The notes under the pieces: model-generated | The model's database searches: none | The model's input: the letters and a program-made list of their open reading frames with translations, nothing else | Told to the model about the DNA's origin: nothing | Position numbers and translations under genes: made by a program | Source of the DNA: Candidatus Spongiisociaceae bacterium | Lineage (GTDB): Bacteria; Actinomycetota; Acidimicrobiia; Spongiisociales; Spongiisociaceae | Direction of reading: 5' to 3' | DNA: 64,000 nt | NCBI GenBank assembly: GCA_965262915.1 | Contig: OZ253564.1 | Span: 3,776,001 to 3,840,000 of the forward strand | Shown: positions 20,571 to 30,530 of the stretch, one piece after another | Numbering within the stretch: position 1 is the stretch's first letter | Layout: every line of letters begins with the position of its first letter

Positions 20571-22904
20571 ATGACTGCACGACGGCAGGTGTCGACTCGA
20601 GGTGGGATCGGAGCTTCCGTGTTGCGGCACGAGGATCCGCCGCTGCTCACCGGGAAAGCCCGTTACATCGCGGACATCCACCTCGACCGCCAGCTCACCA
20701 TGTCGGTCGTGAGGTCACCGGTCGCCCACGGGACTCTCCACGGCATGGAAACCTCGGAAGCAAGGTCCCTTCCCGGCGTAGAGGCCGTGTTCACCGCCGA
20801 AGATATGATGGACGACCTCGGCCATGTTCCCCGTATCCCGCCGCGGGTGTCGTTCGACGAGACCGTGCTCCCCTACCTGCAGCCCATCCTGGCCCGAGAC
20901 CGCGTTCGGTACACCGGCGAACCTCTCGCGGTGGTTGTAGCCGAGGACCGCTACGTGGCCGAGGACGCGGCCGAGCTGGTATTCGCCGATATAGATCAGC
21001 GTCCGGCGATGCTCGACCGCGGGGACCGGCCGGGAGCCGGCGAGCAGCTCTTCGAAGCCGGAAACCTGATAACCACCCTCACCGGGGAATTCGGCGAGGT
21101 CGACCGTATCTTCCGAGATGCCGAGGTGGTGGTCGAGACCGAGTTGACCATCGGCAGGCACAGCGGCGTACCCATGGAAACCCGCGGCCTGGTGGTCGAA
21201 TTCGACCCGCGCACCGAACGTCTCATCGTGCACGGAGCGACCAAGGTTCCGCATTGGAACCTGCGTACCACCGCCGAGTTGCTCGGTATATCCCCCAGCC
21301 GTCTGCGGATGCGGGAAACCGCCATAGGAGGGGGATTCGGCGTACGCGGCGAACTGTACCCCGAAGACGTCCTGGCGGTATGGGTTGCCGGACGCGTGCG
21401 ACGTTCCGTGTCGTGGATAGAGGACCGCCGCGAGCACCTCCTGGCGGCCAACCACTCACGCGAACAGCGTCACAAAGTCAGGATCGCAGGCGATCGCAGC
21501 GGCAGGATCACGGGTATCGTCTCGGAGTTCCGGGCGGATCTCGGCGCCTACGTCCGCACACACAGCATCCGGGTGGCCGACCTGACGCTGTCGATGATCC
21601 CCGGTCCGTACGACCTGGCCGCCTACCGGGGAACCGCCCATTGCGTGGTCACCAACAAGACACCGACCGGCACCTACCGGGCGCCGGGACGGTTCGAGTC
21701 GAGCTTCGTCAGGGAGCGCATGGTGGACCTGTTCGCAGCCGAGATCGGCATGGACCCGGTGGAGGTACGCAGGCGGAACCTGATCCAGCCGTCGCAGATA
21801 CCCTACGAACGGCCCTTGTCGTCGACCGGCGAGCCCATGCTCTTCAGCGACGGCGACTTCCCGGCGATCCTCAACAGATTGGTCGACTCCTTCGATTGGC
21901 AAACCCTGGAGAGGCGTCGGGCGGAAGGCGAACGGGTGGGCGTCGGGTTGGCGATGTTCCTGGAGAAGTCCGGTCTGGGGCCCTGGGAAACGGGCGCGGT
22001 CGAAGTGGATCCGGACGGTCTGGTGCGGGTCCGAACCGGATGTTCCTCGGTGGGCCAGGGCATCCGGACGGTCATGGCACAGATAGTGGCGGACCGGCTA
22101 GAAGTGGACCACTCGCAGGTACGGGTCGAGTTGCTCGACACCGACCGGACGCGGTACGGGATCGGGAGCTACGCCAGCCGCTCGACGGTCACCGCGGGGA
22201 GTGCGCTCTTTCAGGCGGCCGACGAGGTCATCGGGTTGACCAAGCAGGTAGCTGCGGTGGAGTTCGAGGTAGCGATCGAGGACCTCGAGTACGGGGATGG
22301 AGCGGTGAGCGTGTCGGGCTCTCCTGATTTCAGCATGTCCATCTTCGATGCCGCGCAGCGGCTCCACCCGGTCACCGCCCGGCGTTACGGCCGGGACCGC
22401 CCGGGACTGGTAGCCGAGTCGGTATTCAATGTGGAACAGGTCGTCTACCCGTGCGGAGCCAACCTTGCGGTGGTGCGCGTGACTCCCGATACGGGTGAGG
22501 TGACCGTCGAGCAACTCGTACTCCTCTACGACGTCGGCCAAGCCATCAACCCGATGCTGGTGGCGGGCCAGATGGAGGGAGGGGCGGTGCAGGCGATCGG
22601 CGGAACGCTGTACGAGCAGTTCGCCTACGACGCGGAGGGAAACCCGATGTCGACGTCGTTCATGGACTACCTCCTGCCGACCTTGACCGAGACACCCGAG
22701 ATGCGGACCATCGTCGGGGAGACCGCTCCCACCGCCACCAATCCACTCGGCGTGAAGGGAGCGGGAGAGGGCGGCGTCCCCGGTGTGGCCGCTGCAATCG
22801 CAACAGCCATCGAACAAGCGGTGGGGCAACCCGGCCTGGTAACCGCGGTACCGATCCTTCCCGCAAACCTGATCGCCAAGGACCCCGAGAATCAGGAGAA
22901 TTAG
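20571..22904 (+). CDS. Xanthine dehydrogenase family molybdopterin large subunit (L3)
   Basis: IGGGFG, TYRAPGR loop, GQGIRT, GSYASR, GVKGAGEGG; divergent from the medium subunit gene. Confidence 0.92.
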   Translation: MTARRQVSTRGGIGASVLRHEDPPLLTGKARYIADIHLDRQLTMSVVRSPVAHGTLHGMETSEARSLPGVEAVFTAEDMMDDLGHVPRIPPRVSFDETVLPYLQPILARDRVRYTGEPLAVVVAEDRYVAEDAAELVFADIDQRPAMLDRGDRPGAGEQLFEAGNLITTLTGEFGEVDRIFRDAEVVVETELTIGRHSGVPMETRGLVVEFDPRTERLIVHGATKVPHWNLRTTAELLGISPSRLRMRETAIGGGFGVRGELYPEDVLAVWVAGRVRRSVSWIEDRREHLLAANHSREQRHKVRIAGDRSGRITGIVSEFRADLGAYVRTHSIRVADLTLSMIPGPYDLAAYRGTAHCVVTNKTPTGTYRAPGRFESSFVRERMVDLFAAEIGMDPVEVRRRNLIQPSQIPYERPLSSTGEPMLFSDGDFPAILNRLVDSFDWQTLERRRAEGERVGVGLAMFLEKSGLGPWETGAVEVDPDGLVRVRTGCSSVGQGIRTVMAQIVADRLEVDHSQVRVELLDTDRTRYGIGSYASRSTVTAGSALFQAADEVIGLTKQVAAVEFEVAIEDLEYGDGAVSVSGSPDFSMSIFDAAQRLHPVTARRYGRDRPGLVAESVFNVEQVVYPCGANLAVVRVTPDTGEVTVEQLVLLYDVGQAINPMLVAGQMEGGAVQAIGGTLYEQFAYDAEGNPMSTSFMDYLLPTLTETPEMRTIVGETAPTATNPLGVKGAGEGGVPGVAAAIATAIEQAVGQPGLVTAVPILPANLIAKDPENQEN

Positions 22905-22935
22905 CATCTACTGCCGCCCAAGTAGCATCTCGGAT

Positions 22936-23088
22936 ATGAAGATCAGCGTCAGCCTTCGCGATGAAGATGTCGGATTCTTGGATGACTACGCACAGACTCA
23001 CGGAATGCCTTCCAGATGTCTTCTTCGAGCACGACAAACTACTTGTGGAGAAGGCGAAGAGCGCCGTCCACTCCCTCGCCGGACGTAA
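22936..23088 (+). pseudogene. Truncated ribbon-helix-helix antitoxin (MazE9-like N-terminus)
   Basis: Manual translation MKISVSLRDEDVGFLDDYAQTHGMPSR resembles actinobacterial MazE9-type antitoxins; similarity is lost after about 23016; no toxin follows. Confidence 0.65.
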
Positions 23089-23455
23089 ACATGCCCGCAA
23101 TGACCGTCAACTGGCCAAGCCTGACCTGAACGCCAATCTCAGAAGCTTGTATCTCGGCTGGAACCGAAGAATCGAGACCGAAACCGAGACGAAGCTGGCG
23201 GAAATCGAGACGAGAAGCGCAGCCCGGTCTTCCCTTGAGATCATCGGGATGGCCGTCCTGTCACCTCAGAGCACCTCCAGGGTCGAGTCCGGATGATCCA
23301 CCCCCGTTCCGAAACCGGGCGCGTGGCGGGAGGCACAATCCGCCAGCCCGCCAGGTAGGCAGCGTCTCGCCGCCATGGGCCGGAAGGATCTTCAACAAGC
23401 TCTTCGCCCGGTAGAGCCACTAAAGATCCGTCTTCTCGGTGAGAGAGGTCAAGTT

Positions 23456-23514
23456 TGTCAACTATATGAGGTTGTATATGGCAAGTTTCGCTGGAGGGAT
23501 CTGTCAATTTGACA
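23456..23514 (+). repeat. Three TGKCAANT motifs at 23-bp period upstream of AAA ATPase
   Basis: tgtcaact (23456), tggcaagt (23479), tgtcaatt (23502); last copy is part of palindrome tgtcaatttgaca. Confidence 0.55.
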
Positions 23515-23527
23515 CTAGGATCAGGAT

Positions 23528-24784
23528 ATGGGCCTCTTCGCGCGCCATATCCGAACCCAGGTAGAAGAAGCGCTGGATTGGGCCCGGGTAATCATGATCC
23601 ATGGGGCGCGCCAGAGCGGCAAGACCACCCTCGCCCGGATGATCGCCGAGGCCCGCGGGGGTACGTACGCGTCGATGGACGACGAGGGGCTACGAGAGAG
23701 TGTCCTGGACGACCCGGTGACATTCCTCGCTCATCAACGTTATCCGCTGGTGATCGACGAAGTTCAGCGGGGCGGCGACAGGCTCGTGTTCGCCGTGAAA
23801 CGGCTCGTAGACGAAGAGAGGACGCCGGGCAGGTTCATCCTCACCGGTTCAACCAATTTCCTGACCGTGCCGAATATCAGCGAGTCCCTCGCCGGACGGG
23901 TCCAGATCTTTCGCCTGTGGCCGTTGTCGGAGGCGGAACTCATCGGAACTCATCCGACAGAGATCGACTGCTGGTTCGAAGGCGGCCCCGATCCGACCCC
24001 GACATCCGAGCTAGACCGCGCCGACTATCTGGCACGGGTGTGTCGGGGGGGCTACCCGGAAGCCGTCAGCCTCGACCCCGGCCGGCGGCGCCGCTGGTTC
24101 CAGGGATATGTCGAGACCGTCGTCCAACGCGACATCGCCGCTCTTGCCGACATCCGTAAAGCCTATGCCCTGGCGCCGCTGCTCAGATGGACCGCCGCAC
24201 TCACCGGCAGGCAGGTCAACCTTTCCGACGCTTCTCGACGATTGGGAATAAGCCGGCCGACAATCGCCGGGTACTTCGAATGGCTCCAGACCGTCTTCCT
24301 CGTTCACGAGCTTCCCCCGTGGTCCCGAGGCCTGGCACCGGGTGCCGGACGGCGACCCAAGTTCTATCTCACCGACTCCGGCCTGGCGGCCGCCCTGCTG
24401 GGTACGGACGCCGACTCCTTGATCTCGCCCACTGCTCCCGCGACGGGGCCGCTTCTGGAGACCTTCACCGTAAGCGAGATCGCCCGACAACTCTCCGTGT
24501 CGCCGCGGGCTGCCACGCTCTCCCACTACCGCGACCACAAGGGCCGCGAGATCGACCTCATCCTCAGCGCAAGCAACGCCGATGTGGTAGCTGTGGAGAT
24601 CAAGGCCACCAGCTCCCCCCGATCGAAGCACATGGATCATCTTCGCTGGCTTCGCAACAGGCTCGACGCCGTTTCCCCAGGCGCCTTCCGCGCCGGCATC
24701 CTCTTGCACACCGGCCCATACGCCCTCTCCATGGGCGACCGGCTCTACATGCGCCCTATCAACTGCTTGTGGTCCCAGTCCTGA
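23528..24784 (+). CDS. AAA_14 ATPase with DUF4143 C-terminal domain
   Basis: GARQSGKTT, IDEVQR, FILTGS, ESLAGR, GGYP, PKFYLTDSGL, YRD..GREIDLI..AVEIK. Confidence 0.9.
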   Translation: MGLFARHIRTQVEEALDWARVIMIHGARQSGKTTLARMIAEARGGTYASMDDEGLRESVLDDPVTFLAHQRYPLVIDEVQRGGDRLVFAVKRLVDEERTPGRFILTGSTNFLTVPNISESLAGRVQIFRLWPLSEAELIGTHPTEIDCWFEGGPDPTPTSELDRADYLARVCRGGYPEAVSLDPGRRRRWFQGYVETVVQRDIAALADIRKAYALAPLLRWTAALTGRQVNLSDASRRLGISRPTIAGYFEWLQTVFLVHELPPWSRGLAPGAGRRPKFYLTDSGLAAALLGTDADSLISPTAPATGPLLETFTVSEIARQLSVSPRAATLSHYRDHKGREIDLILSASNADVVAVEIKATSSPRSKHMDHLRWLRNRLDAVSPGAFRAGILLHTGPYALSMGDRLYMRPINCLWSQS

Positions 24785-24805
24785 AGGGCCGCCGACTACC
24801 GCTGG

Positions 24806-24970
24806 GGAATCCACCGCGACCATGAAGGGAGACCAATGGTCGGCCGGATGACGTATCCCCGCCGGCTCCGGCCGGGACTCCGAGATAGAGACCGCCGTGG
24901 ACAAAGCAGCGTCGATCCTGACCAACCGCCGGGAATAAAAGGCGCCGGAGAAGGCGGCCTGAGCGGCGCT
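24806..24970 (+). pseudogene. Degenerate C-terminal relic of a fourth Mo-hydroxylase large subunit
   Basis: HRDHEGRPM..Y, then EIETAV..TN in a shifted frame, then GIKGAGEGGLSGA; collinear with the C-termini of L1 and L3. Confidence 0.65.
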
Positions 24971-24971
24971 T

Positions 24972-25946
24972 TCAACCGGGAAGGAGTTCTCCGGCCGTCC
25001 CGCGCAGGATCCTCTGGCACGCGTCCGGACCCAGACCGGCCCGCCGGCAGGCCTGCTCTATGTAGCCCACCGGCGTGTCGAGGCTCATCGGGAACGGAGC
25101 GTCGGTTCCAGCCGCGATCCGGTCCGGACCGATCGATGCCATCATGAAAGCCAACGCCCGGGGATCGTGAATCAGGGTGTCGTAGTAGAAACACTGCAGG
25201 ACCGAGTCCGGATGATCGACCGCTCGCTCGAAGCCGGGTGCGTGACGGGACGCGTGCACGGCCCGGCCCGCCAGGTAGGGCAGCGTGCCGCCGCCGTGCG
25301 CCAGCAGGATCCTCAACTCGGGCCAGTTCGTGAAGACCCCGGCGAAGTAGAGCCTCATGGCCGCCAGGGTGGTCTCGAACGGGTTGCCGCAGACGTTGCC
25401 GAGGAAGTGCACCTTCATACGATCGCCACCCATCACCCGATTGGGATGGATGAAGAGCAGTACCCCCAAGGATTCCGCTGCCTCCCATAGTGGTTCCAAG
25501 CCTGCGACGTCGAGATCCTTACCCCCGACCTGGGTGGGGATGGCCCCTCCGACGAACCCGAGACGGTCCACGCAGCGACGCAGTTCGTCGGCGGCCAGCC
25601 CACCGTCGGTCACCGGAAGCGCCGCCAGCGCTCTGAGCCCGGGTTGTCCGTCGATATCCCCCGCTACCGCGTCGTTCATGGCTCGGCACCAGGTGCGGGC
25701 AGCAGGACCGGCGAGGTCGTCCCCGGCTACGTCCATCCAAGGAGACACAACCTGGATGTCGATGTCGCGTTCGGTCATCCACCGGATCCGTTCCGGTAGG
25801 TCCGTGAGGGCGGGAGGGACGGGACGGGACGGACCGGATGGGAAACCGAGGATGCGCCGACCGGGCTCGAAGCTCACCGGGAGCAGACCCCGAGCCGCCG
25901 GAGCGAGTATCGACGGCGGCAGGTAATGGGCATGAAGGTCGATCAC
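24972..25946 (-). CDS. Amidohydrolase_2 family protein (ACMSD/LigW-like decarboxylase or hydrolase)
   Basis: IDLHAH, LFIHP, LAHGGGTLPY, YYDT, GTDAPF. Confidence 0.88.
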   Translation of the reverse strand: MIDLHAHYLPPSILAPAARGLLPVSFEPGRRILGFPSGPSRPVPPALTDLPERIRWMTERDIDIQVVSPWMDVAGDDLAGPAARTWCRAMNDAVAGDIDGQPGLRALAALPVTDGGLAADELRRCVDRLGFVGGAIPTQVGGKDLDVAGLEPLWEAAESLGVLLFIHPNRVMGGDRMKVHFLGNVCGNPFETTLAAMRLYFAGVFTNWPELRILLAHGGGTLPYLAGRAVHASRHAPGFERAVDHPDSVLQCFYYDTLIHDPRALAFMMASIGPDRIAAGTDAPFPMSLDTPVGYIEQACRRAGLGPDACQRILRGTAGELLPG

Positions 25947-25964
25947 GGCGACATCCCCACTCCG

Positions 25965-27566
25965 TCAGCCGAACGACTCGTCTCGCCAGGCAACCTCGCC
26001 CCCGACGATGGTCATCGACGGCAACATCTCCGCCAGTTCGTCCGGCGGCAGCGGTCGCGGGTCGCGGGGCAACACCGTGAAGTCGGCCAGGTAACCGGGC
26101 GAGATACGTCCCCTCTCGTGAGCGAGTCCGTCTGCCTCGGCCGGCCATGCGGTCATCATGGCGATGGCCTCGTCGAAGCCGATCGCCTCCCGCGGCCCCC
26201 ACACGGTGCCTTCGGCGTCGACGCGGGCCGTGGCCGTCGCTACGGCAGCGAGCGGCGCGGCGTCGGGCACGACGGGGGTATCCGAGCTGTGGATCGGCTT
26301 GAGGCCGGCGTCCAGCCAGCTGCGGAGCGGGTACATCGCAGCCAATCGCTCCTCCCCCAGCCCGGCCTGGAAATCGGGAGCGCGCAACCGCAGGAAGGCG
26401 AGTTGCGGAACCGGGATGGTTCCCGCGTCGCGCATCGCCTCGACAGCGGCTGCGGATGTCAGGCAGCAGTGCTCGATCCGATGGAAACGGTGGCGACCGG
26501 CAGGTGGATGTTTGCTGAGTACCTTGGCGACGCTCTCCACCGCGGCATCACCGATCGCATGCACGCACATCTGCCAGCCGAGCGCCGCCCCCTTGCGGAC
26601 CGTCGCTTCCAGTTCCCCCACGTCCGTATGCATCGATCCGTGCGAGTCTGCATCCGCATACGGTTCGGACATGGCGGCGCTGCGTGGCCCGAACGCACCG
26701 TCCGCGAACACCTTCGCCCCACCTATCCGGAAGTAGGAATCGCCGACCCCTGGGCGAAGTCCAAGGTCGCCGGCCGCGTCCAGCAGTTCGGCCCGGATCA
26801 TCGACGTGAACCTGAGCCGCAGGGCGCGGCGTTCGTCCATGCGCAGGAAGGCGGCCACCTCCTCCCCCGGCCGTGACATGGTGAGGGGAGCCGCGTTGGT
26901 CACGTAGGCGAATCCCAGCGAGAGGAAGTAGTCGGTGGCGAGTTCGATGGCCTGCTCGTCCTCCGAATCGGACCAGGGAGGGATGACGGGGTCGAGCAGG
27001 CTCCGGGCACCGTCGAGTAGCTCTCCCGTCGGAACACCGTGCTCGTCGCGGACGATCTCTCCATCGTGAGGATCGGGCGTGTCCGGACCGATCCCTGCCG
27101 CCGCCAGCGCGGCGTGGTTGGCTACCCGCCTGTGGAAGTCGAAGCTGTCCAGCATCACGCACCGTCCGTCGGGCAGGTCGAGTTCGGTAACGGTTGGAGC
27201 CCTTCCCTCGACCAGGCAGGCGGGGTCGTAACCCCGCCCCTTGATCCAGCGACCCGGCGGCAGCCGGTAGTGGGCCTCTCTGACCAACGCCACGATCTCC
27301 CCGACGGACGAGACATCCGAAGGCCAGCATGGAACACCCATGCGCGACCGGCCGTAGTTGACGGCATGCACGTGGCTGTCGGCGAAACCGGGGTAGACCG
27401 TCCCCCCGCCCAGATCGACTATCTCGGCGTTGGGGGACACCGACTCTCGAACTTGTTGGTAGTCACCCGACGCACGTATCCGTTGACCACTGACGGCGAC
27501 CGCGTCGGTCGGACGGTCGCCGTCAGTTACGAAAGATGCGTTTGTCAGGACTCGATCACTGGTCAA
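25965..27566 (-). CDS. Amidohydrolase_3 family protein (YtcJ-like)
   Basis: PGFADSHVH, KVFADG, VHAIGD, RIEHC, SSDTPV, LADFTVL. Confidence 0.9.
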   Translation of the reverse strand: MTSDRVLTNASFVTDGDRPTDAVAVSGQRIRASGDYQQVRESVSPNAEIVDLGGGTVYPGFADSHVHAVNYGRSRMGVPCWPSDVSSVGEIVALVREAHYRLPPGRWIKGRGYDPACLVEGRAPTVTELDLPDGRCVMLDSFDFHRRVANHAALAAAGIGPDTPDPHDGEIVRDEHGVPTGELLDGARSLLDPVIPPWSDSEDEQAIELATDYFLSLGFAYVTNAAPLTMSRPGEEVAAFLRMDERRALRLRFTSMIRAELLDAAGDLGLRPGVGDSYFRIGGAKVFADGAFGPRSAAMSEPYADADSHGSMHTDVGELEATVRKGAALGWQMCVHAIGDAAVESVAKVLSKHPPAGRHRFHRIEHCCLTSAAAVEAMRDAGTIPVPQLAFLRLRAPDFQAGLGEERLAAMYPLRSWLDAGLKPIHSSDTPVVPDAAPLAAVATATARVDAEGTVWGPREAIGFDEAIAMMTAWPAEADGLAHERGRISPGYLADFTVLPRDPRPLPPDELAEMLPSMTIVGGEVAWRDESFG

Positions 27567-28643
27567 TCAGCAGTCGGTGTCCAGATCGTTGGCCTCGTCG
27601 ATGATCTCCTGCTGGTCGAAATCGTTGATCTCGTCGAGCAGGTCGTCGATCACATAGTCGCCCATGTTGATCTGCTGGGAGAGAACACCACCCTGGATGA
27701 AGATGTTCACATACGTGTTCCACCCGGCCGCGTCCAGGAAACCGAACACGTAATCGCCGTCCACCTTGGGAGCGGTCGTGATCCCGATGACGGCTGCCAA
27801 ACCGGCCCGTCCTTCCGCATCGTCGGTGAACTCTTCGGGAATGAGTTCCTTCAGAACGCACACCGCGCCTTCCAGATTCGCATAGGCCACCAACTGACCC
27901 TTAGCCGTGGCACGGCCGAGACCGATCAACAGATCGTCGTCGTCCTTGTAGTCCTCGGCAGCCAGAAGCCCCTCGGCAGGAAGGGTATCGAGCGACGCAG
28001 GCGCGATCGACACAGTGTCGAGGCCCGCCGCGTTCATCGAGGCAATGTCGGACTTGGCGGACGAATAGGCATCGATCCGGGCATCGTCCAGAGACGCCTT
28101 GATGCTCGGAGCGTTGGTCCCCACCGCGATGATCTCCACGTCGGAGTCCGGGTCCAGCCCGGCTTCAACCAGCAGCGCCCGTACGAGCGGAACCTCTCCA
28201 CCGGCCAGTTCCGAGATACCGATCTTCATCCCTGCCAGGCCCGCGATATTGCTGATCGACGATCCGGCAGGTACGACAACATCGAACACCTCACCGTAAG
28301 CATAAGTGAAGAACGGGTAGAGGCCTGCACCAGCCTCGATGGCCGGCAGCATCGCCCCCGGAACACCCATTCCCGCCTCGGCGTTGTTGGCGGCCAGGAT
28401 CTGCGCGACATCGGATGATCCGCCCGTGCCTTGGAGGCTCACGTTGAGACCCTCGTCTTCGTAGTATCCGAGACCTACCGCGAGCCAGTAGCCGTAACCG
28501 AACGAACTGGTCGTGGAAAGGGCGAGGTTCACGTCCCGAAGGTCCTCTTCTTCCTCCGCGCACGCAGCCCCGATCATCGCCAGTACTACGGCGAGCGCCA
28601 GCATGACCGACCAGGGTCGTGCCCAGCGGGTAGTTGGTTTCAT
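27567..28643 (-). CDS. ABC substrate-binding lipoprotein, NMT1/THI5-SsuA type
   Basis: Lipobox GAAC; LGYYEDEGLNV, LAGMKIGI; adjacent to TauB/TauC-type genes. Confidence 0.82.
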   Translation of the reverse strand: MKPTTRWARPWSVMLALAVVLAMIGAACAEEEEDLRDVNLALSTTSSFGYGYWLAVGLGYYEDEGLNVSLQGTGGSSDVAQILAANNAEAGMGVPGAMLPAIEAGAGLYPFFTYAYGEVFDVVVPAGSSISNIAGLAGMKIGISELAGGEVPLVRALLVEAGLDPDSDVEIIAVGTNAPSIKASLDDARIDAYSSAKSDIASMNAAGLDTVSIAPASLDTLPAEGLLAAEDYKDDDDLLIGLGRATAKGQLVAYANLEGAVCVLKELIPEEFTDDAEGRAGLAAVIGITTAPKVDGDYVFGFLDAAGWNTYVNIFIQGGVLSQQINMGDYVIDDLLDEINDFDQQEIIDEANDLDTDC

Positions 28644-28689
28644 AAGTTCCTCCTTGTCTGGGTGAGCGGTGTGCTCACGACGATTTTAT

Positions 28690-29544
28690 CTAGGTGGTCT
28701 GGTCGACATCCACGTGCCAGAAGAGCAGTTTCCGCTCCAACCGGGCTGCCAGCAGAAACAGCGCCAGACCTATCAGGGACAGCATCAGCAGGTAGGCGAA
28801 TACATCATCGCTGCGGAACTGGAAAGCGGCCTTCTCGATCAGGTGGCCGGCGCCTTCGTTGGTACCGGACAACTCGCCCACTATGGCACCGATCAGGGCA
28901 AAAGTGAGGGCCGCCTTGAGCCCGGCAAAGACGGTCGGAACGGAACTCGGGAGCCGTAGATGGCGGAAGGTCTGCCAGCGCGTGGCCCTGAGAGATCTCA
29001 TAAGCAGTCCGGCGTTCTCATCGATGACCGTCAGCCCGGTGATGGTGTTGATAAGGACCGGGAAGAAGCAGATCGTCGCAGCCAGCGCGATCTTGGCGGT
29101 GATTCCGAATGCGAACATAGCAACGAACACCGGGGCCAGGGCCACGCGTGGAGTCGCCTGGAACAAAACGATTACAGGGAAGAAAGCCTTCCTGAAGGTC
29201 GGCACCAGGGCAACGTAAGTACCCAGCAGGAAGCCTCCTCCCGCGCCCACCACGAAGCCGATGGCCGTCTCCTGAAGGGTCACCCAGAAGTGCCAGAGCA
29301 CGAACGGAGTCTGGATGGCTTCGAAGAACGCCGGGATTATCTCCGAGGGTTTGGAAAGCACGATTTCCGGCCAGAAGGACGGATCGAGCCAGCTGAGAAA
29401 CTCCCAGATAACGAAGAAGGTGAGCACCACCGTGCCGGTCATCAGGATCTGGGACCAGAACCCACGGGAACGGGAATCCGGACCCGAAACCGGCAAAGAG
29501 TCCATTCCGAGCGTGCCGGTGTCGGACATGCTGTCGGTATCCAT
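28690..29544 (-). CDS. ABC transporter permease (SsuC/TauC type)
   Basis: TPRVALAP, FFPVLINT, LRLPSSVP, GAIVGE; ATG after AGGAG. Confidence 0.9.
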   Translation of the reverse strand: MDTDSMSDTGTLGMDSLPVSGPDSRSRGFWSQILMTGTVVLTFFVIWEFLSWLDPSFWPEIVLSKPSEIIPAFFEAIQTPFVLWHFWVTLQETAIGFVVGAGGGFLLGTYVALVPTFRKAFFPVIVLFQATPRVALAPVFVAMFAFGITAKIALAATICFFPVLINTITGLTVIDENAGLLMRSLRATRWQTFRHLRLPSSVPTVFAGLKAALTFALIGAIVGELSGTNEGAGHLIEKAAFQFRSDDVFAYLLMLSLIGLALFLLAARLERKLLFWHVDVDQTT

Positions 29545-29563
29545 TCGGAGCTCCTTTCTCACC

Positions 29564-30355
29564 CTAGAAGAGACCGAGCACTTCGCGGATGTAGTTGACG
29601 ATCTCGGTGAACTCCGCCAGCCGGCGAGACCCCGGGACTCTCGGTCTGGGAAGACCGACTTCGACCATATCCAGTATCCGGCCCGGTTTGGTTCCCATCA
29701 CCGCCACCCGGTCGGACAGGAACACCGCTTCTCTGATGTTGTGGGTCACGAACACGGTGGTCTTGTTCTCGTGCTCGGTGATGCGCGCCAACTCGCTGTT
29801 GAGGTGCTCCCTGGTGAACTCGTCCAAGGCACCGAACGGCTCGTCGAGCAGCATCAGATCCGGTTCCGAGACAAGCAGCCTGCACAGGGCCACGCGCTGC
29901 TGCATCCCACCCGACAGCTCACGCGGGTAGTGCTGTTCGAACCCTTCCAGCCGGACCAACTCGATCACGTCCGCGATCCGCTGTTCCCCCTCCGGATCCA
30001 TGCTGCCGGTGATCTCGAGCGGCAGGGAGATGTTGCGGATCACGTTGCGCCACGGGAAGAGGGTCGAGGTCTGGAACATCAGACCGATCTCCTCGCGCGG
30101 TTCGACAACCGGACTGTGCCCGAGATAGACGCTACCCGATGTAGGCCTCAAGAGGCCGCCGATGATTTTGAGGAGCGTGGACTTTCCACATCCCGACGGT
30201 CCCACCAGGGTGAGGAACTCCCCCTGCCGCACCTTCAGCGACACATCCTTTACCGCAACCAGCGGTTCACCGTCCTTCTCGAACACCTGGGTGATGTGAT
30301 CCAGGGTCAACGACGAACCGCCCCGTCGCCGGTGGGCGCCGACAGCTTGAGTCAC
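29564..30355 (-). CDS. ABC transporter ATP-binding protein (SsuB/TauB type)
   Basis: GPSGCGKST, LSGGMQQR, LLDEPFGALD, FVTH; GTG after GGAGGA. Confidence 0.93.
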   Translation of the reverse strand: MTQAVGAHRRRGGSSLTLDHITQVFEKDGEPLVAVKDVSLKVRQGEFLTLVGPSGCGKSTLLKIIGGLLRPTSGSVYLGHSPVVEPREEIGLMFQTSTLFPWRNVIRNISLPLEITGSMDPEGEQRIADVIELVRLEGFEQHYPRELSGGMQQRVALCRLLVSEPDLMLLDEPFGALDEFTREHLNSELARITEHENKTTVFVTHNIREAVFLSDRVAVMGTKPGRILDMVEVGLPRPRVPGSRRLAEFTEIVNYIREVLGLF

Positions 30356-30530
30356 TACGATCCGATCCTCCGCATAGCTTCTGAGCGTTGCGGGCTGATC
30401 GTAGACGCAACCGTCGGTCCCCAAAAAACGATTCCCGACCGGACCCCTGCCTGCGGACGATCCGTCGTCGGGTCGAGCACCGAAAGACCATCGTAGGTCG
30501 CCACAGGTGATGGGCACTACGCTCTCGCGG

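Noticed and set aside
14596-22904. Aerobic CO dehydrogenase (coxMSL)
   Set aside because: No large subunit has the form I AYxCSFR or form II AYxGAGR loop, and no coxDEFG accessory genes are present
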